A stretch of 19,664 nt of DNA from Candidatus Cloacimonadota bacterium (GCA_029564175.1 JAKQQL010000152.1:1-19664), one strand, 5' to 3'; positions 8,898-17,379 are shown, counted from the stretch's first letter. Made by a program: numbers and translations. The notes: generated by a model not told the origin, from the sequence alone.

Positions 8898-8960
8898 GCA
8901 GACAATTCATTGAAATGATAAATCTGACAATTATGTTTACAGTGAATGTTGTCGAAATAT
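8898..8960 (-). mobile_element. Degenerate attC-like site
   Basis: Directly after the stop of 8961..9443, minus strand reads ATATTT-CGACAAC-ATTCA ... TGAATTGTCTG (imperfect complementary ends). Confidence 0.35.
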
Positions 8961-9443
8961 TCATATAGGACCATTAATCCATAATGATTCACATTTATCA
9001 TCTTCAATATTATATTCTATATTCCAATACCAAAAACCGCCTCCAAACACCAAAATCCTTGTCGTTTTCCAGATATTCTTGACATCTTCTTTATAGGGAA
9101 AGAAATTACAAAATATATACTTTTTATTATTTTTAATTTTGCCAATAAACTGTACTCCATATTTATTTTTATTTTTGATAATCATAGCAATTTCGGAGTT
9201 AGAATTTTTCTTTAAAAATATAAACACTTTAATTAAGGCAACTTCTGTCTGCTGCTTATCAGGTATCCACATTTTATTATTTTCGGGATTGTTAATTATA
9301 GTATTACTCGTAAGAATTACTTGCTGACTCGATGGAATAAATGATTTATCGGATGAAAACAATATTATCGGTCCAATCAACAGAACCAGAATCATGTAAT
9401 CAATTACTTTCTTCATAATTAATCCTTTATTGAATTTTTTCAA
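8961..9443 (-). CDS. Hypothetical exported protein (start probably at the internal MKKVIDY)
   Basis: 160-aa ORF with an N-terminal hydrophobic segment and YGVQFIG / IFCNFF / VFGGGFWYW motifs. No family recognised. Confidence 0.6.
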   Translation of the reverse strand: MKKFNKGLIMKKVIDYMILVLLIGPIILFSSDKSFIPSSQQVILTSNTIINNPENNKMWIPDKQQTEVALIKVFIFLKKNSNSEIAMIIKNKNKYGVQFIGKIKNNKKYIFCNFFPYKEDVKNIWKTTRILVFGGGFWYWNIEYNIEDDKCESLWINGPI

Positions 9444-9463
9444 TAGAACTTATATTATATATT

Positions 9464-10102
9464 TCAATCAAATCTAATTGTTTTTAGTATTTCAAGAATT
9501 TCTTCTTTTTGTATATTTTTAAATATAAATTTTACAGATTTTGAGTGCTTCATATTATATACTTCTGCGCAACGTGCATTTAATGTTTCATCATATATCA
9601 AATCAAATTTATCGGATTCATAAGTTTCAATATTCTTATATACAGATAACGTCATCATTTTGACAAGAAGATGATCTATATCTGTTCGTATCTTTTCATC
9701 TGAATCAAAAAAAGAAATATCATCAGGAATAGTTTTAATAGCGTCACTAATGAATAAATAATTATCTTGAACAAAATAAGAAGTCCAAATAAGAATTTTT
9801 TTTTCTCCTGACATAAAAGAATATGTTTTTATTTTATTACCGATCTTGCTGCTCCCGACTTTCTTATATTCAGCTGGTATTGAAATTCTCAATTGGTCTT
9901 TAATATAAAACGATCCTTTAATTTGTTTAGATTCTAAGTAAATCGGTTCGATTCTTTGATAATACTGAGGATTCGAATTATTGATACTCAATCTGAAGAG
10001 AATAATATTTGCCCGTAAATAAGTTGAAAATATTATTGTCATGGCTATTGTGGCAATCACAACTAATGATGAAATAATAATTATCAATTTCTTTTTCGAC
10101 AT
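9464..10102 (-). CDS. Hypothetical membrane-anchored protein
   Basis: 212-aa ORF with MSKKK followed by a single N-terminal TM helix. AGGA RBS upstream. Confidence 0.65.
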   Translation of the reverse strand: MSKKKLIIIISSLVVIATIAMTIIFSTYLRANIILFRLSINNSNPQYYQRIEPIYLESKQIKGSFYIKDQLRISIPAEYKKVGSSKIGNKIKTYSFMSGEKKILIWTSYFVQDNYLFISDAIKTIPDDISFFDSDEKIRTDIDHLLVKMMTLSVYKNIETYESDKFDLIYDETLNARCAEVYNMKHSKSVKFIFKNIQKEEILEILKTIRFD

Positions 10103-10203
10103 AATTAAATCCTATATTTCATCATTTACTCAAACCAAGCAAGCTGAATTTTAAACACCGCTAAAACAGCTTACAACCAAATCTTTACTAAAATATTATA
10201 TTT

Positions 10204-11259
10204 TTATTTTTCGATCATCCCCTTTGATTTATCAAAATGATACTTATGACCCTTATAAATAATCTCAACTTCTGAGCTTGTTATTTTCAATTCTTTCAAA
10301 TCATCATATTCATTGCCGGACACTACGTAATCATAAATCAGTTGAATTGATCCGTCTTTTTGACCCATATATATTTTAACATATTTCATAATACTATATC
10401 CGCCAAAAGCTATAACATCCGGATAAGTATCATTATTCAAATCTGTTAATATGCATTTACTGGACGACCTTCCTGTTGTATATATGTTAATGTATTCAAA
10501 TCTGCCATTATTCTCCCGAAACAGATATTTATAAAATCCTTCAACTTCTTCTGCCCCGGGACCATGATAGAAATAACTTGTTATAAGATAGTAATTACCC
10601 AATTGATACACAGAAAAGTCATTAGGGTCAAAACTGTGAGATAGATCAAGTCCAATCATAGAATATGCCTTAAAAGACTGGATCAACTTATCTTTTATTT
10701 TTTTCATATCCGAGATATGCTGATTCGACCCGATTGCATCGAGAAAATTTTTATTAACCTTACACAACTTGCCTTTATATTTAATTAATGCTAAATCACA
10801 ATTATCATAATCCCAAGTCTTTGAGACATCTGCTTCATCAATATTTTTAACAAACTCAACTACAGTTCCAAACGGAATTTTCCTATTTGAAAAGAATTCC
10901 TTATCTGCATCCATAATAGGCAATCCCTTTGCAGCTACTGCGACTTTATAATTTATTATAAAATCTTCGTTATCTGATGTAAATCCGCTAAACACATAAC
11001 CCGAAAATTCATTCCACTTTACTTCAACCCATTTGCCATCAATTCCTTCTATCGATTCTTTTACTCCGGAATCTGAGAGATACTCAACTTTTGATCCAAA
11101 TGGAATAATTACGATGGATTTTGAGGACATATCAGAACTTTCTCTTAAATTCAAACCGCTTTCAGCTTTTATCCATAAATATGTTTTTTGCTTAGAATAT
11201 CCGTTGAAGGCCAGCAGCAATTCAAAAATTACGATTAGAAATAAATGTTTTTTTTTCAT
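10204..11259 (-). CDS. Secreted bacterial SH3 (SH3_3/SH3b) domain protein
   Basis: Signal peptide, then SGLNLRE...IPFGSKV...GKWVEVKW...GYVFSGF. A possible second degenerate SH3 follows, plus an FG-GAP-like DLNNDTYPDV. AAGGGAG RBS. Confidence 0.85.
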   Translation of the reverse strand: MKKKHLFLIVIFELLLAFNGYSKQKTYLWIKAESGLNLRESSDMSSKSIVIIPFGSKVEYLSDSGVKESIEGIDGKWVEVKWNEFSGYVFSGFTSDNEDFIINYKVAVAAKGLPIMDADKEFFSNRKIPFGTVVEFVKNIDEADVSKTWDYDNCDLALIKYKGKLCKVNKNFLDAIGSNQHISDMKKIKDKLIQSFKAYSMIGLDLSHSFDPNDFSVYQLGNYYLITSYFYHGPGAEEVEGFYKYLFRENNGRFEYINIYTTGRSSSKCILTDLNNDTYPDVIAFGGYSIMKYVKIYMGQKDGSIQLIYDYVVSGNEYDDLKELKITSSEVEIIYKGHKYHFDKSKGMIEK

Positions 11260-11569
11260 AATTCAGACCTTCTCCCTTTATTATCGCAACGACATTAAAC
11301 ATAATTCATACTGACATAACAAGATATTTTTATGAATACAGTCCCATACATCAATGATGCACATGCTCCATCTTTTTATATCTATACTTCAAATAGAGGC
11401 ATCACCGCTTCAATCGGGAAGTTAAACTTATTAATTATATTATTGATTTAGAAAAAGAGGATATTCTCCCAAGATATAATTACGAAACATAATGCTAATG
11501 GAGAAGCCCCTCTATGAAGAACGCAGGAAAGAATAATAAAAATATGTACTTCTGCTTAAATACTTTATA

Positions 11570-12061
11570 CTAAAATTCTCTTGAAGCACAGTTTAGCGAA
11601 GAAGAACGGAATTCAATTTTTTTAATATTCAACTTATCTTTTAACAATTCATAGAATACTGTGCAGAACCATTCGCAAGTAGACGGACCTTTACTCACAG
11701 ATACCCTGCTTTCAGGATATGATTTAACCAATTCATGATTGAGAGCTTTTGCAGGCGTCCCGAATCTGTTTGTTGTACCTTTCATTCCTGTTTGCTCATA
11801 TCCCTGCAGCACTAATTCGAGCAAGGGATCACCTTCCTGAAAAATCGTTGCATGCATAAAGTTGTCAGCTACTGCCCATGCTAATTTTTGCGCTTCTTTT
11901 ACAGGATACGCATAATTGTGATTGTTTAAATCACCTTCAATTTCCAATGTTAAATAACCAGAATGTCCGTGAAGATAACTTGCTTCTCCCGGATAATTCA
12001 TAAATCTGTGCGCATACTGAAAATCCAATTTTACAATTGACCTGTACTTTTTGTTTTCCAT
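11570..12061 (-). CDS. 6-pyruvoyl-tetrahydropterin synthase / QueD (COG0720) family protein with atypical active-site motif
   Basis: FQYAHRF...LHGHSGYLTLEIEG, FMHA, PSTCE; T-fold PTPS layout. AAGGAGG RBS. Confidence 0.85.
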   Translation of the reverse strand: MENKKYRSIVKLDFQYAHRFMNYPGEASYLHGHSGYLTLEIEGDLNNHNYAYPVKEAQKLAWAVADNFMHATIFQEGDPLLELVLQGYEQTGMKGTTNRFGTPAKALNHELVKSYPESRVSVSKGPSTCEWFCTVFYELLKDKLNIKKIEFRSSSLNCASREF

Positions 12062-12096
12062 GATATTAACCTCCTTTGTTATTATCAGAGCATCTT

Positions 12097-12125
12097 AGTA
12101 TGATCTCCATTTATCATAAAGTCAA
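12097..12125 (-). promoter_or_regulatory. Sigma70 promoter of the PTPS-like gene
   Basis: Minus strand TTGACT-17 nt-CATACT, 36 nt upstream of the ATG. Confidence 0.6.
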
Positions 12126-12398
12126 ATCAATAACCCGTGCATCAGCCACTCTGCTTTTCTTCAGAAAAGATATCGCATTTACACGAGCTCATTTTTTTAA
12201 CGACATGAGTGAAATAGTATAAAATCAACTTTCAATACTAACATAAGCAAACATGCAATCAAGAGTCTGGAAGTTTTATTTATGAATTTGAATTAAATGA
12301 TTCATCAGCGCTTAATGCATTATATAAACATTTCATTAAACTAACAGACCATTGAACATAATATTTATTGCACGTTGAAAACTGCAGATGATTTTGAT

Positions 12399-13208
12399 CT
12401 AAATAGTTATAATGCATATTTGCGGAAACGCGCAAAACCGAACAGGAGGAGTAACTGTACCAATTCCATTAGATATAATCATTTCCGTTTTACCGATTGT
12501 TTTAATACCCGTACGAAACTTTTGTCCATATACAGAAGGCACTAAAGGAGCCCATAAACCGAATAATGTAACCTGCCCTCCATGAGTATGACCGCTTAAC
12601 ACAAGATCGAATCTATCAATGGAATGTTGATCTAATTTGCCGATATAGTCCGGGTTGTGAGAGAGAAGAATGTTATAACCATTCCTTAAACGAATATCAT
12701 CATAATTTATTTTCTGAACGTCCTCACAATAATCACCAACACCGAATATATTAATTGTCCTGCCATTGACATTGATGGATGCATTGGCATTGTCGAGTAT
12801 GGTTATATTAGCTTTTTTCATTTCTTCATAAGATAAATCCTTACTTTCCCAATGATCATGATTTCCGAGAACACCTCCGGTGAATACAGCGGGCTTCAAT
12901 TCTTTTAAAGCAGAAAATGTCAATGGTATATATTTTTTATCTCTATGGACATAATCTCCGCCAAGAAGAATGATATCCGGATTAAGCTTATTGACTCTTT
13001 TTACCAGTTTCTCCAGCCTTTCAACGGAATAGAAAGGGCCGACATGTATATCCGTCAAAAAAACTATTTTTACGTGTTTTTCATTTTCAGGTTTTGATAA
13101 GTCATAACTTTTATTTACTAAAATGAATGGTTCGATGAAAGAATAAATAATCAGCAAGACAGGCAAAACGACGCATGCGTATAAAAATATTTTTGTTTTC
13201 TTTTTCAA
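12399..13208 (-). CDS. Calcineurin-like metallophosphoesterase (YkuE/YaeI-like)
   Basis: DIH, GGDYV, LGNHD, LLSHNPD, SGHTHGGQV, SNGIG motifs. N-terminal TM helix; TTG start with AAAGGT RBS. Confidence 0.95.
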   Translation of the reverse strand: MKKKTKIFLYACVVLPVLLIIYSFIEPFILVNKSYDLSKPENEKHVKIVFLTDIHVGPFYSVERLEKLVKRVNKLNPDIILLGGDYVHRDKKYIPLTFSALKELKPAVFTGGVLGNHDHWESKDLSYEEMKKANITILDNANASINVNGRTINIFGVGDYCEDVQKINYDDIRLRNGYNILLSHNPDYIGKLDQHSIDRFDLVLSGHTHGGQVTLFGLWAPLVPSVYGQKFRTGIKTIGKTEMIISNGIGTVTPPVRFCAFPQICIITI

Positions 13209-13222
13209 ATTCAGAACTACCT

Positions 13223-13510
13223 TTACAATTTATGAAACCAATTATATAACATAGCTGCAATAAGCATTTGACCGATAGGTCCGTTTTCATTTTGAATTCT
13301 GTTCTTTTCGAGAGCAGGAAAATAGATATTTTCTTCTTTGCCGTGATGACATTTATCAGAAAACAGTTTAAAGAAAGAAATGATATCATTGATATCGGCA
13401 ATGTTAATACTTTTTTTATTACTGATATCATCAGTAATTTTCTCAAGAATGTTAAGCGCCCACAGAATACCTTCATGCTCATTGATTAAATCATCACTCG
13501 CATAATTCAT
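13223..13510 (-). pseudogene. Truncated hemerythrin/HHE cation-binding domain protein
   Basis: LINEHEGI...FSDKCHHGKEENIYFPAL...GPIGQML, then similarity ends just before the expected EH ligand. GGAGG RBS. Confidence 0.8.
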
Positions 13511-13589
13511 AAATAAACCTCCGGCGTATTTATTTACATGGAATTATGATATTACAGGAATTATTAATAAGCAATATTTATATTATCGC

Positions 13590-13677
13590 GTGAAATGATT
13601 GATGTGCGAACCCTTAAATATATTTATTATTTTATTTTAATATAATGATCGGTTCGAATAACAGTTATCTGAAATAT
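13590..13677 (-). mobile_element. Degenerate attC-like site
   Basis: After the stop of 13678..14496, minus strand reads ATATTTC-AGATAAC-TGTTA-TTCGAACC-(AT-rich loop)-GGTTCGCA...ATTTCAC. Stem is CGAACC/GGTTCG (plus strand 13607-13612 / 13651-13656). Confidence 0.45.
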
Positions 13678-14496
13678 TTAAGACAAACAATTCAATTTGA
13701 TAAACCTGTTGAACAAGTCTGTTGTTAATATTCTTTCTGCTCTCCATGTTTTAGACCTATTTTCAATAAAATTGAAATAAAGCAAGAATCTATTGAATGT
13801 TCGATAAGAATAACAAGAATTATCAAAATTATACCCGAAAGCATCAGTCTGATTTTTTAAGAATGGAAATGCTTTAAAATACAAATCTGCATAATAATTT
13901 ACGTCTCGTTCAACAGAACCGTATTTTGCTAATAAATATAGAGTATAACCGGCAGCAAATTTTCCGATATCCTCTCCTTCATGGGAGTCAAAATACGCCC
14001 AATTAAATTTAAAAAGAAATGCGTTAAACAGAATAAGAAATAAATCAGGTGAATTGATATGCCGGATACCCGCTTCTGTTAACGAAATCGAATTGTTTCT
14101 TTTTTTGATTAATCCGGAAAGGAAGCATAATATCTTAACAATTTCAATACTCGTGGAATCAGTTTCCTTTGTTAGTTTGGTGATTTTGCTTTCTATCATT
14201 TCATCAACAATAAATCTTTGTGAATACAAATCCTTAACAATTGCCGGAGGGATATTTCCTATCTTCGTTAATTTTATTAAACCATTTTGAGAGACAATAT
14301 TCAGAAAGTAATTCACCTGTTTGATCATAGGTATATCAAAAACGGCATCATTATCTACAACAATTTTAACTGGAGAATCCTCATTATATATATCATCAAC
14401 AAGGTAATTCATCAATTTCGATGAAAGCCCATCAAACATATCATTAGCGGATGTATTGTCAATTTGTATCATGATATCAGAAAAATATAATCTCAC
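13678..14496 (-). CDS. Hypothetical protein (start uncertain, N-terminus possibly eroded)
   Basis: 272-aa ORF with IKLTKIGNIP, LSGLIKKR, ISLTEAG (winged-helix-like) and FNWAYFD. No clear RBS. Confidence 0.65.
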   Translation of the reverse strand: MRLYFSDIMIQIDNTSANDMFDGLSSKLMNYLVDDIYNEDSPVKIVVDNDAVFDIPMIKQVNYFLNIVSQNGLIKLTKIGNIPPAIVKDLYSQRFIVDEMIESKITKLTKETDSTSIEIVKILCFLSGLIKKRNNSISLTEAGIRHINSPDLFLILFNAFLFKFNWAYFDSHEGEDIGKFAAGYTLYLLAKYGSVERDVNYYADLYFKAFPFLKNQTDAFGYNFDNSCYSYRTFNRFLLYFNFIENRSKTWRAERILTTDLFNRFIKLNCLS

Positions 14497-14552
14497 TATT
14501 TGTCAAATCCATTTGCACTTAATGCATTGCTGTAATTAGCAGTTTTACAATT

Positions 14553-14684
14553 TCACGATTTAAGAATTCTGCCTAATATGGTATTTTCAAAAATCCTACG
14601 CCCGTCAGTTACTGAAACTATATATATGTTTTCATTAGAAATTCTATTGATGATGCATCTTTGAGAATCCATTAATTCATGACA
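14553..14684 (-). pseudogene. C-terminal remnant of a RelE/ParE toxin
   Basis: Manual translation CHELMDSQRCIINRISNENIYIVSVTDGRRIFENTILGRILKS* aligns with YREVIEAPWRIMYRIQDKTVVILTILDGRRDVEDILFKKIIS of the intact toxin at 18153..18500. Confidence 0.75.
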
Positions 14685-14739
14685 GACTTTTCATTAACGG
14701 CAACGAATAAGCCGTTACTAAATGACGTTTTGAATGTTA

Positions 14740-15016
14740 TCATCTCTTTTCAATCAGTTTGCCGGCATTATATTTATGAATTACACTAGATATCAAGGTT
14801 TGATATGGTATACCTTCAGCTAAAGCCTTGCGCTGAATCGATTCAAAATCTTTTTTGAGAAATCCTTATATTCACCCTCTTATCTTTTTTAATTGTAGCC
14901 TTTGCATACGAAGCATGCTTTTTTATTTCTTTTTTTATTTCAGGAACTTCTACCCATTCATCATTTTCATATGAACTTAAAATATCATTTTCGTATTTGT
15001 CCAATTTAGTTTTCAT
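14740..15016 (-). pseudogene. Frameshifted CopG/RHH (BrnA-like) antitoxin
   Basis: MKTKLDKYENDILSSYENDEW...KKDKRVNIRISQK / DFESIQRKALAEGIPYQTLISSVIHKYNAGKLIEKR*. Span is 277 nt = 92 codons + 1, with the extra A in the run at 14851-14856. Confidence 0.85.
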
Positions 15017-15047
15017 TAAGTTTCTCCAGATATTTTTTCGCAGCTTT
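15006..15047 (-). pseudogene. Possible C-terminal stub of a BrnT-like toxin
   Basis: KAAKKYLEKLNEN* overlaps the antitoxin start, resembling the (R)KATKKYL tails of the cognate toxins. The rest of the gene is absent. Confidence 0.45.
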
Positions 15048-15074
15048 TCAGTGGATTACAATCACTGCTAAGTC

Positions 15075-15635
15075 CTAAAGATACCTACGTACTTGTGTTT
15101 TATATTTTCTATAATCAGCGCCATGAATATTTTCTAAATACTTTTCTTCTTTTAGAATTAAGATATGAAACAATATAATAGTCATCACTGAAAAAACAAT
15201 TACAAGAACGGATTGCGATGATAGAGATAATCCGATTAAGACAATATCATAGAAAAGAAAATACGGGTTTCTGGAAATTCTGTAGAAACCATTTGTAACT
15301 AGATCTGTTTTATCATTGTTATTAATTCCAACTCTCCATGAGTTTCCCAGATTCAATGATGCGATTGTACTGAATATCAATCCGGCTCCAATCAATATTG
15401 TTCCCGCGATTTCAAATCCAGTAGAACTTCCGAATGCTATAGTATAAGATTCGAAACCGGGCAATGTCTTTTGCAAAATAAACAGAACACTTGATATACC
15501 GGCAGAAATAATTGCAGTGTTTAAAATAATATCATTTGCTTTAATACTCTTCCCTATTTTTCTGGACAGCACAAAAGCCCTAAGAAAAAAGAAAATATAA
15601 AATAGGGTTATTAGAATAATTGAAGTGTATTTCAT
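15075..15635 (-). CDS. Isoprenylcysteine carboxyl methyltransferase (ICMT/PEMT) family membrane protein
   Basis: LGNSWRVGI, LVTNGFYRISRNPYF, EEKYLENIHGADYRKYKTQVRRYL. Confidence 0.93.
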   Translation of the reverse strand: MKYTSIILITLFYIFFFLRAFVLSRKIGKSIKANDIILNTAIISAGISSVLFILQKTLPGFESYTIAFGSSTGFEIAGTILIGAGLIFSTIASLNLGNSWRVGINNNDKTDLVTNGFYRISRNPYFLFYDIVLIGLSLSSQSVLVIVFSVMTIILFHILILKEEKYLENIHGADYRKYKTQVRRYL

Positions 15636-16327
15636 TATTTTCTATTCGATGTTAAAACTTTTTTTAAATCAGAACTCATCATGTCAAGAATGTCATTTTT
15701 GAAACGGTCTAACGAAGTTTTAAACACATTTCCTTCACTTTCCTTAAACGACTTAGTTGATAACGAATTTTCCATAACCAATATGGTTTCACCATCACTA
15801 ACAGATACCAATCGAATCAATATTTTAAAATTCAAATCATGAGACTTATCTTTAATTTTCTTTTTCTCAAGTTTAATATCTTTATTATTTTTTTCATCGA
15901 CTTTGTGCGTAATATCAAACCCCATTTCATCCTTATCATAGCCCATATACTCTATGTCGCTAATACTTTCACAATATTGAGTAATTTGTCCTATCAATAA
16001 AGCATCAGCTCCTGTCAAAGAAGCCATTTCATCAGAATACTTTGGAAGCATCATTTTCAATTCATCTTCTTTTAATATTTCAGCGAGTTTTTTGCGTTCG
16101 ACGATAGATATTCCCGACTGAATAAAACAGCTTTTAAAAGCCTCCTCAGATTCAATAGCCGCGGATAGCGGAATACCTTTTGCCCGATCAATGGGCAAAA
16201 TAGCTATAGATGATATTTTTTTTAACTTAGCTTCATTGACGGTTATTTGCGATGCACTGCAGGAAATAAAAACAACTAATAAAGAAAGAAAAATCGAATA
16301 ATTCAACACCCTAGTTTTTTTTATCAT
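15635..16327 (-). CDS. Lipoprotein, CsgG/HfaB-like fold
   Basis: Start reassigned to the ATG at 16327 (AAGGAG RBS). Lipobox-like VFISC; IAILP, SIVERKKLAEILKE, LTGADALLIG, IRLVSVSDGETI. Confidence 0.75.
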   Translation of the reverse strand: MIKKTRVLNYSIFLSLLVVFISCSASQITVNEAKLKKISSIAILPIDRAKGIPLSAAIESEEAFKSCFIQSGISIVERKKLAEILKEDELKMMLPKYSDEMASLTGADALLIGQITQYCESISDIEYMGYDKDEMGFDITHKVDEKNNKDIKLEKKKIKDKSHDLNFKILIRLVSVSDGETILVMENSLSTKSFKESEGNVFKTSLDRFKNDILDMMSSDLKKVLTSNRK

Positions 16328-16377
16328 CGAGAACTCCTTTTTTTGAAATAATTCAAGAAGCATTGTATAAATCAAGC

Positions 16378-17289
16378 TTATTTAGATTCAAAACGTTTCT
16401 TTGAATTATTATATTTTAGTACTAATTTATTCTTTTTTGATTCAAAATCTTGAAAGAAATATTCTGTTTCAATAGAATTATTGCGGTATGACAATTCCAT
16501 ACATTCATTTTGATTTATTTCATAGCTGTTTTTATTCCAAATCTTTTTTGAAAATCTATTATTTTCAAAAAAGATAGCGCTATAATAATCATACGGTAGA
16601 CCTTCAGCTTCACTAACAGTGGTATACATAATAAAAAAACCATAACATTCTTTGCTCCATTGAGTTAGTTTTACCGTATAAATTGCCAAGCCGGATGAAA
16701 TCTCGCCTTCAGGTGATAATTGAACGGTGAATGTTAATAATTTTTCCTGATCATCGTAATAAACAACATTATCTTTTATTTTTTTATCAATGACTTTATA
16801 AGAATCCAAAATTGTATTTCCGGCTAAAATGATTAATACGGGATATTGACCTTTAAAGCTTATGGTATATGATATATCCGATTTTTTTAAGAATTCTATA
16901 CTTGTATTTTCAGCAACTCGAATGGATCGAGATTTATCATACATAAGGGTTTTTGAATTTTTTAATCCCTTTAAATTTTTAAATTTAAGATTTTCAGTTT
17001 GGTCAAGAGTAAGTAAATATCCTCCAAAAATCCAGCCTTCATAATTTTTCCATTTTATTTTATACCAGACATCTTCTATTGATTCAACGATTAACGTGTT
17101 ATCAGATGCTTTTATTATATTAACTTTTTCTAAATAAGGAATTGTCGTGATTGCCTTTGCCGATAATTCCGGCGATTCTCTCAATGTTAATCCGGAAAAT
17201 GCACTGACAATTTTATAATCGCTAGCCTTAAGACCAAATGATGAAAGTTGGATTGCTGATAATATAAAAATGATTCTTTGTTTTAGCAT
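16378..17289 (-). CDS. Secreted bacterial SH3 domain protein
   Basis: Start likely MLKQR at 17289 (alternative GTG at 17301). Signal peptide; SGLTLRESP...IPYLEKV...WYKIKW...EGWIFGGYL. Confidence 0.85.
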   Translation of the reverse strand: MLKQRIIFILSAIQLSSFGLKASDYKIVSAFSGLTLRESPELSAKAITTIPYLEKVNIIKASDNTLIVESIEDVWYKIKWKNYEGWIFGGYLLTLDQTENLKFKNLKGLKNSKTLMYDKSRSIRVAENTSIEFLKKSDISYTISFKGQYPVLIILAGNTILDSYKVIDKKIKDNVVYYDDQEKLLTFTVQLSPEGEISSGLAIYTVKLTQWSKECYGFFIMYTTVSEAEGLPYDYYSAIFFENNRFSKKIWNKNSYEINQNECMELSYRNNSIETEYFFQDFESKKNKLVLKYNNSKKRFESK

Positions 17290-17318
17290 TTTATGCCCCA
17301 CCGGATTTATTCAATTGC

Positions 17319-17372
17319 AAACAACCAAAATGCGTAAAAAGTAGCGAAGCTAATGCTATACGCGTTGACGCA
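17319..17372 (-). mobile_element. attC-like site (R'' box lost)
   Basis: Minus strand: L'' TGCGTCAA (8 nt), inner TAGC/GCTA hairpin, L' TTACGCA (7 nt), 5-nt spacer TTTTG, R' GTTGTTT. The extra C in L'' matches VCR-type attC sites. Confidence 0.6.
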
Positions 17373-17379
17373 TATAAAA

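Noticed and set aside
8901..8932. GACAATT direct repeat as an autoregulatory LytTR box
   Set aside because: The period is 25 bp rather than 21-22, and the sequence differs from the CAGTTnACA boxes. It is better explained as part of the attC-like remnant.
11330..11560. Short plus-strand reading-frame fragments (MNTVPYINDAHAPSF..., EVKLINYIIDLEKEDILPRYNYET)
   Set aside because: Possibly a decayed gene, but no recognisable family or RBS supports it.
12200..12360. Plus-strand fragment SGSFIYEFELNDSSALNALYKHFIKLTDH
   Set aside because: No clear start, RBS or recognisable homology.
12062..12398. preQ1 riboswitch upstream of the QueD-like gene
   Set aside because: The predicted promoter leaves only about 30 nt of leader, and no preQ1 stem-loop with an A-rich tail is recognisable.
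14851..14856. Programmed frameshift or phase variation in the antitoxin
   Set aside because: The run is only 6 nt, no stimulatory structure is evident and the cognate toxin is gone. Decay or sequencing error is simpler.
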